From: a virus
Taxonomy: Duplodnaviria; Caudoviricetes
Virus record (IMG/VR): IMGVR_UViG_3300031998_000040
Location: 1-64,000 of that record
Direction: 5' to 3' (one strand)
Length of the DNA: 64,000 bases
Position 1 is the first letter of the stretch. The number at the start of each line of letters is the position of its first letter. The position numbers were made by a program, and so were the translations under genes. The notes below the pieces were generated by a model. The model had not been told where the DNA came from. It ran no database searches and saw only the letters and a program-made list of their open reading frames with translations. Shown here in pieces: positions 35,920 to 46,762 of this stretch.

Positions 35920-36870
35920 ATGCCTGCTGAAGTCGAATCTATGATGTACACCCGCGAGAAGCCCTGGCACGGGCTCGGAACGATGGTCGCCGAGGCTCCC
36001 ACCTCTGCAGACGCTCTGCGCCTGGCCGGTCTGGACTGGACGGTGGAGCAGCGCCCTGTCTTCCTGGAAAACGCCGCCGTCCCCGTCCCCAACTATAAGG
36101 CGAATGTCCGGGACCGGGACAACAAGGTGCTGGGCATCGTCACCGACCGCTATCAGGTGGTCCAGAACGCGGACGCCTTTTCCTGGACGGATGAACTGAT
36201 CGGCGGCGACGTGCGCTACGAGACCGCCGGTTCCCTGCGTGAAGGGAAAAAAATCTGGCTGCTGGCGAAGATGCCTGCAGCGAAAGTCGCCGGGGATGAT
36301 GTGGAGCCATACCTCTGCTTCTCCAACACCCACGACGGCAGCGGCGCGGTGAAGGTCTGCATGACCCCTGTGCGCGTGGTGTGCAATAACACCCTCAATC
36401 TGGCGCTGAACTCCGCCAAGCGCTCCTGGGCCATGAAGCACGTCGGGGATATGACCGCCAAGCTGGACGAGGCCCGCCGCACCCTGGAGCTGGCCGACCG
36501 CTACATGATGCACCTGGACGGCGCGGCCCTCCAGCTCGCCAACGTCACGGTCACGGACGAAAAGCTGGAGAAGATCCTGAGCGAAATGTTCCCGCTGAAG
36601 GAGGACGCCACGGAGCGGCAGAAGAACACCGTCAAGGCGGTGAAGGACGAGTTCATGATCTGCTACTTCATGCCGGACCTGGCGAAGTTCCGGGGCACCG
36701 GCTGGGGCGTGGTGAACGCCATGGCGGATATGGTGGACCACTCCAAGCCCCGGCGAGATACCGGAAACTACCGGGAAAACAACTGGGCCCGGATCATGGA
36801 CGGACACGAGCTGGTGGATCGCGTGACGGCGAAGGTCATGGATATGGTGGGTGGCCTGGTCCTGGCCTGA
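35920..36870 (+). CDS. DUF932/DUF945 phage/plasmid-like protein
   Basis: REKPWHGLG, YQVVQN, ETAGSL..GKK.W, NTHDGS, RVVCNNTL. Confidence 0.92.
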   Translation: MPAEVESMMYTREKPWHGLGTMVAEAPTSADALRLAGLDWTVEQRPVFLENAAVPVPNYKANVRDRDNKVLGIVTDRYQVVQNADAFSWTDELIGGDVRYETAGSLREGKKIWLLAKMPAAKVAGDDVEPYLCFSNTHDGSGAVKVCMTPVRVVCNNTLNLALNSAKRSWAMKHVGDMTAKLDEARRTLELADRYMMHLDGAALQLANVTVTDEKLEKILSEMFPLKEDATERQKNTVKAVKDEFMICYFMPDLAKFRGTGWGVVNAMADMVDHSKPRRDTGNYRENNWARIMDGHELVDRVTAKVMDMVGGLVLA

Positions 36871-36925
36871 CAAAACACAAGGCGGGGAGGAAAAATCCTC
36901 CCCGCCACCTCGAAAGGAGAGCGAA

Positions 36926-38062
36926 ATGAAAAAGTGGTATATATGCCAATATGGGCAGCATCATATTCAGGCCCCGCATGAGTGTCGCCCGATTGGTGTC
37001 GCCATTCAGAAAACAGCCGTCGATAACAAAACCGATCCCGGTTTTGAAGATATGTCAGCTTTCAGCGATTGGCTTTCCAAAAAGGGTCTTTGCGCCTTTG
37101 GCGAAGGTTATGCAAATACCCTGGGGGTTCGTCCCCAACAGTCTTTTCCGATCTTATATGAAGGGAGATAGAGAACATGAGCAGATGGACGATCAAAGAG
37201 CTTTCCACCCTGAACAGCTTCGATTTCGCCGGGGCGATCCTTTTGGAGCGCCGGGGCCCGCTGAACCCCATGTCTCCCCTGTACCGGAAGCTCTCCGAAT
37301 CCCGTGTGGAAATCCTTGCCGCCGCCGAGCGTGAGCGCATGATCTTCGACTGTGAATCCTCCGACTGTGCCTATAACCACGGCGGCGAGTGCCGCTTTGC
37401 CCGCGTCCACGAGCGCAGGCCGGAAATCTCGATGGAAAACGGCTGCGCGGAATACTTCTGCGCCGACTGAAAGAAAGGAGAGCAATATGGGCCAGCGTTC
37501 ACAAATCTATCTGCGCCATAACGGCGACCTGGTATTCGCCAACTACTACCAGTGGAACTACGGGGAGCGCATGGTCTCCCGCGCCCGCTGGGGCATCGGC
37601 TATATCAAGCAGTTCTCGGAAAAGGGCTATGAATGGGTGTTCCGTGACCCGGCCTACGTCCTGAAAATGCGCCGCTTCTTCGACGTGAACTTCGATATGC
37701 ACGACATTCAGATTTCTTCTGACATTCTCAAAGAGCGTGAAGAACAGTTCCCTGACGAGGATTTCAACGACTTTGTATTCGACACGCAGGACAACAACGA
37801 CGGTCAGCTTTTTGTGGATATTCGCGGGGAAAAAATCTTCTACGCCTTCACGGACGGATACCGCATCCGCAAGATCATGGACGCCGAAGCCTATATGGAA
37901 TGGGATGCCGGTGACTGGCGCAACAGCGAGTATATCAAGCCGGAAATGAAAGCCGCCTGCGAAGCGAACATCAAGGCCATTCCCGAAATGGCAGAACTGA
38001 TGACCCCCGAACAGCTTGAGGATTTCGTCCACGGCTACAGCGACCCCGTAAAGCCGTTCTGA
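36926..38062 (+). CDS. three hypothetical ORFs (36926-37171, 37177-37470, 37487-38062)
   Basis: RBSs; MGQRSQIY..YYQWNYG..DNNDG in the third. Confidence 0.65.
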
Positions 38063-38076
38063 GAAAGGAGCAACAT

Positions 38077-38595
38077 ATGAACTACGCCTACATTCTGTCT
38101 CAGCTTCCCATTTCCGACGACCGATGTTTCCGCGACTATGAAAGCATCATCACCCACTTCGGCTCCGTCGATCCCGCCGGATATGTCTACGCCGACGCCG
38201 GGATCGTCGAAGCGGACACGCCTGCCGAAGCCTGCGAAAAGCTCTTTGAAATTTACAACATCAACCATCCTGCCGACTACGAGGGGCGCAGCATGAGCGT
38301 CAGTGACATCGTAAAGCTGTCCTCCGACGAATCCCCCTTCTGCCGTGACCTCTGGTTCTGTGACAGCATCGGCTTCAAAAAGCTGAATGATACACAGGCT
38401 GCATCCCCTGAACCTGCGCGTCACAAATACAATGTCACCTTCACCATCGACGGGCGCTATTCCGTTGATGTCGCGGCCGCAGACCGGGCGGAAGCAAAAG
38501 AAATCGCGGAGTGCAGTTTTGAAGCCGCAAACTTCGGCCCCCTGGAAATCGTAGATTCCAAAATCTCCATTGTGGCAGGCTATCCCGGAACATGA
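38077..38595 (+). CDS. YodL-like domain protein
   Basis: EKLFEIYNINHPADYEGRSMSVSDIV..WFCDSIGF. Confidence 0.8.
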   Translation: MNYAYILSQLPISDDRCFRDYESIITHFGSVDPAGYVYADAGIVEADTPAEACEKLFEIYNINHPADYEGRSMSVSDIVKLSSDESPFCRDLWFCDSIGFKKLNDTQAASPEPARHKYNVTFTIDGRYSVDVAAADRAEAKEIAECSFEAANFGPLEIVDSKISIVAGYPGT

Positions 38596-38885
38596 AAGGA
38601 GCAGCGCAGAGCATGAAATCCATATCCGGTAAATTCTCCCGCGTTTCCGCCACGGACTACCATGACGGCGTTGTGCTTGTCGGTCTCTGCGGCAACGTGT
38701 GGCCCCACGACCTCACGACCGAGCACAAATACTACATCATGAATTTCTATAACATGAACCCCTGCCGCATCACTCTATGCGCCGAGTGGCCGGAGGGCAT
38801 AGAGCCCGCCTATCCTGCGGCCAAGAAAAATTTCGTCAACGGGTTTGTCCTGCTGGATAACCGTCCCCCTGTCGCGGAATCTTGA
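38592..38885 (+). CDS. hypothetical protein
   Basis: ORF; start uncertain. Confidence 0.5.
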   Translation: MKGAAQSMKSISGKFSRVSATDYHDGVVLVGLCGNVWPHDLTTEHKYYIMNFYNMNPCRITLCAEWPEGIEPAYPAAKKNFVNGFVLLDNRPPVAES

Positions 38886-38931
38886 CACGTCCGCCCGCTC
38901 ATGGTAAAGTCAGCGCAAAGGAGGGCTTTTG

Positions 38932-39189
38932 ATGGCAGATAACAAAGCAAAGTATAAAGCGAACCGGACGTACCGGGCGAAACACTATGACCGCATCGAA
39001 GTCCAGATACCCGCAGGAGCCAAAGAAAAGCTGAAGGAGTTTGCGGAACAGGCCGGGGAAAAGAGCCTTTCTTCCTGGCTCATGGGTTTGATCGAGCGCG
39101 AGACGGGGATCTCACTTGTCCTGCGCGGTGAGCTTCCCTATTGGAAGCCTGACGAACAATCATCCAAAGACAGCAGCGGGGCCGATTGA
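38932..39189 (+). CDS. Arc/RHH-like DNA-binding protein (copy 2)
   Basis: NRTYRAKHYDRIEVQIP..LIERETG..LRGELP; promoter TTGACA-17-TAAAGT. Confidence 0.75.
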   Translation: MADNKAKYKANRTYRAKHYDRIEVQIPAGAKEKLKEFAEQAGEKSLSSWLMGLIERETGISLVLRGELPYWKPDEQSSKDSSGAD

Positions 39190-39267
39190 ATAATCGGTCC
39201 CGTTTCCGTGTCATAAATGACATGATATATCAAATCTAAAAAAACGAAATGGAAGGAGGTATGACAT

Positions 39268-40556
39268 TTGGCAAAACACATCTGTACCGTAAAAATCCCC
39301 CGCTCCGTCTATGATCGTGTAAACCGCTTGCTGGCGTTTGGTACTCCCTTTGAAGAAATGACGGACGAAGAAATGAGAGACGCCGGTGTGCGCGACCACT
39401 ACTGCGAGGGAATTTTCACAGCGTTCTTCGACGATGGTTCCCACCTGAACTTCGACCTCTGTTCCGGTTCTTCCAACTACTTTGACGACGCAGTATGGAC
39501 GAGCGCGGACGGACGCACCGACGTGACGTTGGAATGTGCTTTCGAGCTGTCCGACATCGAAGTGGAAACTGATGGAGAAGTCTACGTCGTCAATCTGAAT
39601 ATCAGCGATTGATCGGAGGCTGAAAATTTTGGCTTTCACTTCACTTTCCCGTCTTAGAATGATATGATATTTCAAATCTAAAAAACGAAAGGAGCCATGC
39701 TTATGACCCTTCTTGACCTTATTCGCAAGCTGCACGCGGAGGGCAAGCCCGCCGCTGCCTATGATCTGTTTATCTGCGACACCTCTCTGATGACGCCGGA
39801 GGAGGCGGTGAGCGCCAGCGCCGACGATACCACCGTCCGCATTGTTGATCCTTTCATTCCCCCTCAGTACCTAGAATTGGGGGATTATCCCTCCTATGTC
39901 TATGTAGAGGACGCCATGACCTACAAGAAGATGACGCGGCTGAAGGAGAAAATCCCCACCCGCTATCCCCGCCTGCTGGTGGCTCTCGCTTCCGACCGCA
40001 ACGCCAGTTTCTATAAGCGATACAAAGGGAAGCACTGGAAGGACATTCCGCCGATAGAAGTTCAGTGGGCCACGGAAGATAATCTCGTGGAGCTCCTGCT
40101 GGATAAGGGCGGAAACTTCCGCGAGATGGCCTACGCAGGTTACGAGGGCATTGACGACGCCGTGACCTATTATCCAGTCCGCTCCCCCTACGGCTGCGTG
40201 TTCTCCTGGCAGGGCGACATCACCCGCGACCCGCTCCCCGAAGGGCTGACCCTGATCGAAAAATAAAATTTTATCCCACGGTTGCATATCGCAATCCTGA
40301 GTTACCTATATAAGCGCAACGCCTGCCCGGTTTTCCGGGCGGGCGATTTTCTTTTCATGAAAGGAGAAACGCCATGCGCCTGAGAGACGCAAAGAAGCTG
40401 CACAGCGGTGATGAAGTTACCGTAAAGCGCACAAAAGAAATCCTGCGCGTGATCGAAACCGAATTCGTTTCCGCTCAGGACATTTCAAACGGGATTGCCG
40501 GTCTCTCCGTCTTTTTGGAAGACGGAAACTGGTATGGCTACAAAGAAATTTGCTGA
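39268..40556 (+). CDS. three hypothetical ORFs (39268-39612, 39697-40266, 40374-40556)
   Basis: RBSs present. Confidence 0.65.
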
Positions 40557-40571
40557 AAGGAGCGATCTCCA

Positions 40572-41168
40572 ATGACACTCACCTTCACAGCGTCCCCCAT
40601 GTCCAAGCCCGACGATCTCAGCCTGAAAGCGTCCCTCGCCTGGGACTACTTCTTCAATAACGGAAGCTGGTTCTGCACGGAAACCGTCGACGGCAGCATC
40701 ATCATCACCGACGAGACGCGCAATCTGAGCGGCGCTTTCGTTCTCCCCGACTATACTTCCTTTCTTGAGTGGCTGGAATCTGACGCCACGGACAAGCTGG
40801 CGGAAGACCCCGCCGAGTATTTCCGTGCCTGCGGCGTCGTGCCGGACAACCTTCTCTCCGATTCCGTGGTGCAAGCCCTTCTCGCCACCATAAACGCGCC
40901 TGAGACCTTGGACGTTCCCCCTGTTTCGGCGGAAGAAAAACCGGAACCTCCCGCTCCAGCATCCCCGGAGCCGAAGATGCAGGATTACTATGTGACCTTC
41001 GCCATCGACGGGCGTTATACCGTCAAGGTCGAGGGTAACTGCCTTGACGCCGCAAAGGACAACGCCCAGACCTTCTTCGAGGCAGAAAACTTCGGTGAGC
41101 TGGAGTTTGTGGATTCCAAAATCATCATCGTCGAAGACGAGCAGGGCAACTTTGTCTACGAAAGCTGA
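40572..41168 (+). CDS. hypothetical protein sharing a C-terminal domain with the YodL ORF
   Basis: VTFAIDGRY..FEAENFGELEFVDSKI. Confidence 0.7.
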   Translation: MTLTFTASPMSKPDDLSLKASLAWDYFFNNGSWFCTETVDGSIIITDETRNLSGAFVLPDYTSFLEWLESDATDKLAEDPAEYFRACGVVPDNLLSDSVVQALLATINAPETLDVPPVSAEEKPEPPAPASPEPKMQDYYVTFAIDGRYTVKVEGNCLDAAKDNAQTFFEAENFGELEFVDSKIIIVEDEQGNFVYES

Positions 41169-41182
41169 AAGGAGAATTCACC

Positions 41183-42207
41183 ATGCCCACCATCAAGGGA
41201 ATCGTCGAATACATCATCCCCTATTTCGGAAACCGCCGCTCCCTCCCCTACGGAAAGTTGCTTGTTTCAAATGGCAGCCACGAAAAAATCTGCCCTATCA
41301 TGGAGGACAGCGACGGGCAGTACGTTGTCTTCGACCGGAAGCGCCGCTACCTTCGGAACGCGGGGAGCCTTTATTCCCCCGTCTTTGAATTCGTCTGCTG
41401 AAAGGATAACTTGCGAATGAGAGAGAAATTTCACAAAATCCTGATGGACGTTTACCGCGACGCGATTGCCGCCGCAAAAACCCGGCATGACGCGGACTGC
41501 ATCGGTTGGCTGGCCCACGATGACCCGCGCATTGATTCCACCGATTATGAGGAGCTGTATAAACTGATTGAGTTCCGCCACTACCCGGAAGGGCAAGCCG
41601 CCCGTTGGGAATGGAACAGCATCTAAATTTACCCCGCCCTATTCCCCCGCCGTCCAAAACATGCTATGATATTTCAAAACATTTCGCCAGTCCGTTTTAT
41701 CGTACACCGAATCTCGCAGAATGAAAAGCGAAAGGAGCGTGACCCTGTGAAACGTACCAAATACAAGGGCTATATCATCGACACGGACAACCTCGGCCGC
41801 CCGTATATTTACAACACATCCTCGCCGTATTCCGAAGACTCCGACCATGTTTTGATTTACATTGACCCCACACGTCAGCTCGATCAGGCCAAGGCAATTA
41901 TCAATGACCGCATTTCCACCGGCCAGGATACACGCCATGCCATGATAAGCCCCGTGGACGGGAAAATCGTTTTGATGTAAAGGAGGACTCGCCCATGACC
42001 TACCACTATTTCTGCGGCAACTGCGGCAAACATTTCGCGTCCGAAAAACCGGAGCGCGATTCCAAAGGCTACCTCAATGAAATCCCCTGCCCGGAGTGCG
42101 GCGCACACGACACCTACCCGGACACACCTTCCGGCGCAACAAAGAGCGTCCTGGACCAGCTCGATTACGAAGACCGCCTGATCGAACAGCGGGAAGACAC
42201 CGACTGA
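41183..42207 (+). CDS. four small ORFs (41183-41401, 41411-41626, 41747-41980, 41995-42207 Zn-ribbon)
   Basis: RBSs; CGNCG..CPECG in the last. Confidence 0.6.
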
Positions 42208-42336
42208 GCCGCACGTCAATCTTGCGAAGTACATCCCCGCCATAGTATAATGAAATCGAATCATTCATTTCGGATTTGAAAAAACGAGCCTTGCCCCACC
42301 GGGCGAGGCTCAAATTGTTTTAAGGTGGAATTGTTT

Positions 42337-42804
42337 ATGCCTGATTACAAGCGCGGAGAAATCTACTATGTCGCCCCCAACTATTCCGAGACCGGCTCCG
42401 AAATCTGGAGCGGACGCCCCGCCGTCATCGTTTCCAATGACGAACTGAACCGCTGCCGCAACTGCGTGGAGGTGGTCTACCTCACCACCCGCCCGAAGCA
42501 GGATTCTCCCTGCCATGTGATCCTTCATGCCACCGGGAAGCAGTCCACCGCCCTGTGCGAGCAGATTTCCACCGTGGACAAGGTGCGCATGACGTTCAGC
42601 GGCAACGTCCCCTGCGCCTGCACGAAGAAGGAACTTGCGGAAATCGATGCCGCCCTTCTGTACTCCCTGTCGCTGGACGCCCCGGCCCCGGTGACGACCC
42701 TCGACCTCGACAAGACCCGTCTGCTGGCCGAGCGTGACATCTACAAGCGGATGTATGAGGACCTGCTGGAACGCTTCACCGGCGTCGTCAGCGTAGGCGC
42801 GTGA
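42337..42804 (+). CDS. PemK/MazF-family toxin-like protein
   Basis: KRGEIYY..GSEIWSGRPAVIVSND..LTT..ALCEQISTVDK. Confidence 0.88.
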   Translation: MPDYKRGEIYYVAPNYSETGSEIWSGRPAVIVSNDELNRCRNCVEVVYLTTRPKQDSPCHVILHATGKQSTALCEQISTVDKVRMTFSGNVPCACTKKELAEIDAALLYSLSLDAPAPVTTLDLDKTRLLAERDIYKRMYEDLLERFTGVVSVGA

Positions 42805-42818
42805 AATGGGGTAGTCGT

Positions 42819-45404
42819 ATGAGCAGATATATCTGTGATTCCTGCGGTGCTTCCTTCAACTTCTCCATATCCCCGTCTTTCTGCCCGATATGCGGGAAAG
42901 AGGGCACGGCGTCTCGTGACATGCGTCGGGCAAAGGAAACCGCCCAGCGCCTCATAGCGGAGCTGAACGGTGAGGACATCCCGGTGCTGGAATCCCTCCA
43001 CGCCGGGTATATCGCCCAGCTCGCCAAGATCAACGCAAAGCTGGAAACCCTGCGGCAGTACAAGAAGCGGGGGATCGTCTCCCCGGAGGAAATTCCCGTT
43101 GTCGTTTTGAAATCGGCGCGTGACGCCCTGAAAGAATACCGTGAACAGCGGAGGGAGGAAAAGAATGAGCATACTGATTAAGGAACTTCACCTTCCGTCA
43201 GAACACCTCTACCCGCTGCACTTGACAATCTATTCCGATGGCTCTGTCTTCTGCGGTCACGGGATCGGGAAGCGTAGCTATGAGGCTATCGAAGTCCCCG
43301 TTCCACATGGGAGGCTGGTAGACCTGGACGTGCTGGAGGCTCACGGAGATTGCCTGTCCAAGCTCTGCGTTGATTATGATGCCCCTCCGGGTAACAGGGC
43401 TTGGCGTGAGTGCGTCCCGTTCGACGATATTCCAACAATAATTCCGGCAGAGGAGGAAACGACATGACCCTTTACGAGAAGATCATAAACAAATCCCCGG
43501 AAGAACTGGCAGAGCTGTTCGCCGCCCGCGATATTGCCTTGACGGATATCATCTTCAAGCAGGTCGAAAGAACCCTGCTCGAAAAGCGCGGAATCAGAAT
43601 CGACTTCACCAAGCACTTCAAACCCGATCTTCTTGCTACGAAACAGGACGTGCTGAAAGGGCTGAACACGGAGGTGCCCGATGCCGAAGAATAAACCGTC
43701 TCTCCGCTCCGTCCGCCAGTCGAAGAAGCGAGACCCGGAGCAGCTCTACAACACCCTGTGCGGTATGTACCCGCAGTACATGGCGGAAGAATACTTCAAG
43801 AAGCTGATGGGCTATGCCCCGCCGCAGGAGTGGCGCAAACCCGAAACACCGCTGCACATCTTTTCGGAGGATGAAAAACATGGAACGACTGACTAATGCT
43901 TCCACGCACGAAGCGCGGAGTGATGTAACGATACGCGAAATTCTCTCCCGTCTCGCTGCCTATGAGGACGCAGTTGAGAAGGGCCATCTCGTCGTTTGCC
44001 CCTGCAAGGTTGGTGACATGGCATACTACATTCGCGGAACGACGATTTACGGAGACACCGTTGAGCGCATCGTCATTGACGGCCTCGACAATCAGATCGT
44101 CCTGAACGCCAACCGTGCCTACCTGTTCTGCGACGTGGGTGGAAGTCTGTTCTTCTCCTACGCCGAAGCGGAGGCGGCCCTCAAAAAACGGAAGGAGGAA
44201 TGATTATGGGATGGGATAATGTCGCGTGGTCTCGTGAGGTCGGAAAGACCTTGGAAGAACGCGGTTTCTTCGGAATTGCCCAAAAGAATTACGAAATTGC
44301 GGGTGAGCTGGAAAGGCTCCGCTCCGACCTCCGCCTCTGCCGTAACGAACTGTGCCTCCGCTGCGGCAACTACACGGAAGCCCACAAGGGAGCCTGCGAC
44401 GGATGCCGATGGAAGGACATGGGGGATTGACCGATGCCCAAATCCAAAAAAGCGAAGCACGGTTCCGGCAAGCTCCACAAGCCGAAGCCACTGACCTACG
44501 ACCCGGTTTACACGGACGGCCTCACCGAAAACCTTCGCAACGCTCTGAAAGCGAAGCTGACCCTCAAGGAGCTGATTGACCTGGAACTCCAGCTCCGCAA
44601 GGCTGTGGAGCAGACCGCCCGCCGCGCCACCTTCGATACTCACAAAACCACATGGGCGGTGACGCTCCGCGTCCTCCATGACCGCTTCGGCTTCGAGGCG
44701 GAGGACAAGCGCAAGCTCTACGACGCCAGCTTGGAATACCTGAAAGACATCCGGGACAAGCGCATCACGCTCCAGGAAATGCTGGACACTCTCTACAATG
44801 AGGACCACATAAATTTGTCATGGGATGACGAGGAGGATTTGTAATGGGAGAAATCAAAAACGCAAAAATCGAAAGCGCGTCGATCACGATGGAAGACCAC
44901 GGCTGCCTGACCTGGTGGCTGTATCTCGACGGCGGCGGCTGGGGAGTCCACATCGGCGGCTACTGCATCGGCCACGGCTACCTTGGCGCGGACCACTTCG
45001 ACGGCAGCGCCAAGGGCATGGAAAGTATCGCCCGCGTCATGGACACCGTGGGCGTCTCCCGCTGGGAGGACCTGCCCGGAAAATATGTCCGCGTCGCAGA
45101 CGTTGGCTGGGGAACTACCATCACGAAGTTCGGCAACATCCTGGAAGACAAGTGGTTCGACTGCCGGGAATTTTTCTCAAAGAAAGAGGTATGACCAATG
45201 ATGATAAAGCTCACTGCTGCGGGCAACGCAATGATGGAACTTTGGCTGAACACGTCCGCGATTTCCAGCGTGTTTCAGCCGACTGAGAACGAGCGGGATA
45301 TGGGGATTGGGGCGAAGGTCTACATCACCGGCGAGGACAATTCCCCCTGGCTCGTCGCCGAATCCGTCCGCGAGGTCGTCAATCTCATTGAGGGGGCGGA
45401 ATAA
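42819..45404 (+). CDS. run of hypothetical ORFs (42819-43181, 43165-43467, 43464-43694, 43681-43896, 43880-44203, 44200-44430, 44434-44844, 44844-45194, 45198-45404)
   Basis: Tightly coupled ORFs with phage motifs (HGRLVDLD, RLAAYED..PCKVGD, CRNELCLRCG). Confidence 0.65.
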
Positions 45405-45601
45405 TGAAACTCTACGCTTACGGTATGCGCCTGCGCGGCTTCTCCCCCGGCTGCCAGCCGATGCAGGGTCTCGTCCGCCGTGTGGATTCGTCAGGCAAAC
45501 ACTTCTGCATTCTCATATACGACCGTCCCTTGACCGAGAAAGAAATGCGGGACTACGAGCTGGACGCCATTAAAGCCTGTCCTATTGAAGACGCAAAGTG
45601 A
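45404..45601 (+). CDS. DarA C-terminal-like domain protein
   Basis: YGMRLRGFSPGCQP..ILIYDRPLTEKEMRDYEL. Confidence 0.65.
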   Translation: MKLYAYGMRLRGFSPGCQPMQGLVRRVDSSGKHFCILIYDRPLTEKEMRDYELDAIKACPIEDAK

Positions 45602-45680
45602 AAAATAAATCCTCCGGGCCGCTTCCATTCCCCCGGAGGATTTGCTATCATCAAAACAAAAATCGAAAAGGAGAAATCAC

Positions 45681-46052
45681 ATGACAATTAACAACGGCTG
45701 GATATCCGTACTCGATACCGAACACCGCCCCGAATCCGGGGAAGAAATCCTCACCCTGTCCTATGTCGGCGACGAGCCGGATTCCCCCGACCCATTTGCC
45801 GATCCCGACGACCGGGCTTATTGCCTCTGCACCTACTTCTACCCCGGCGATCAGGCGGACCAGGAAGCCCCGCCCCACGTCGGCGCGACGCTGGACGACT
45901 GCATGGAAACCGTCACCTTCGATGCCGAGGGCTTCTATGTCTATGAGATCGGCGCGAGGGGAATTCTGGAGTGGCGCTGCGTCAAGACCGCCGCGGAATC
46001 CAAATGGGGCATCGCCTGCTGGAAGCATCTGGACTACCCCACCGGCGAATGA
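45681..46052 (+). CDS. hypothetical protein (DUF551-like ends)
   Basis: GWISV..P; ACWKHL. Confidence 0.6.
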   Translation: MTINNGWISVLDTEHRPESGEEILTLSYVGDEPDSPDPFADPDDRAYCLCTYFYPGDQADQEAPPHVGATLDDCMETVTFDAEGFYVYEIGARGILEWRCVKTAAESKWGIACWKHLDYPTGE

Positions 46053-46115
46053 GAACATTCCAACCGTACTTCCAACAATTCAGTCGAAAATGAAAAAACG
46101 AAAGGAGAAATACCA

Positions 46116-46754
46116 ATGAAAAAACTGACCGTTACCGCCATCGTTCTTTTTCTCCTGCTTTCCCTCTGCGCCTGCGGACCCAAGGAAAAGCCCTGCGAGC
46201 ATGACTGGGTTTTGCAGACCGACTTCCACCCCACCTGCACCGCCAGCGGCTATCAGGACTTCACCTGCTCCATCTGCGGAGAGACCTACCATCTGAAGAC
46301 CGCTGACGCCCTGGGCCACACGCCGAAGAACACAAACTATACGAAGATTTCCAATCCTACCTGCACGAAGAACGGAAGCCGGTCCAACGTCTGTTCCGTC
46401 TGCGGTGCGGAATACACGGAGACCGTCCCCTCCCTCGGACACAACTATGTGGACGGTAAATGCACCCGCTGCGGAGACAAAAAGGACAGCGGCGTTCGCC
46501 TTGACGACGCGGAAGCCTTTACCGTTGCGGAGGCGATGGTGAAGCAGAAGCTGAAAGCCCCCTCCACCGCCAAGTTTTGCCTTTACACGGAAGCCACCAT
46601 CACCCACGACAAGGACGTTTACACCGTCTCCGGCTGGGTGGACGCGCAGAACAGCTTCGGCGCGATGCTCCGCAGCAACTGGACCGTCACCTTCACCGCA
46701 GTAAAATCCGGCGGCAAGATCGGCGGCGAACACGGAACCGTCGAAATCGACTGA
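46116..46754 (+). CDS. lipoprotein with Cys/His repeats
   Basis: Signal peptide with lipobox LCAC; PTCT..G..CSVCG..LGH repeats; LKAPSTAKF..VDAQNSFGA domain. Confidence 0.8.
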   Translation: MKKLTVTAIVLFLLLSLCACGPKEKPCEHDWVLQTDFHPTCTASGYQDFTCSICGETYHLKTADALGHTPKNTNYTKISNPTCTKNGSRSNVCSVCGAEYTETVPSLGHNYVDGKCTRCGDKKDSGVRLDDAEAFTVAEAMVKQKLKAPSTAKFCLYTEATITHDKDVYTVSGWVDAQNSFGAMLRSNWTVTFTAVKSGGKIGGEHGTVEID

Positions 46755-46762
46755 TGTTCCCC

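Larger units (their letters stand above)
27192..40314 (+). promoter_or_regulatory. eight phage-specific promoter motifs GGTTGC-N16-YYRCC..AAG
   Basis: GGTTGC at 27192, 27520, 29086, 31382, 31741, 33315, 35847, 40280; invariant 16-nt spacer; intergenic or at gene ends. Confidence 0.8.
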
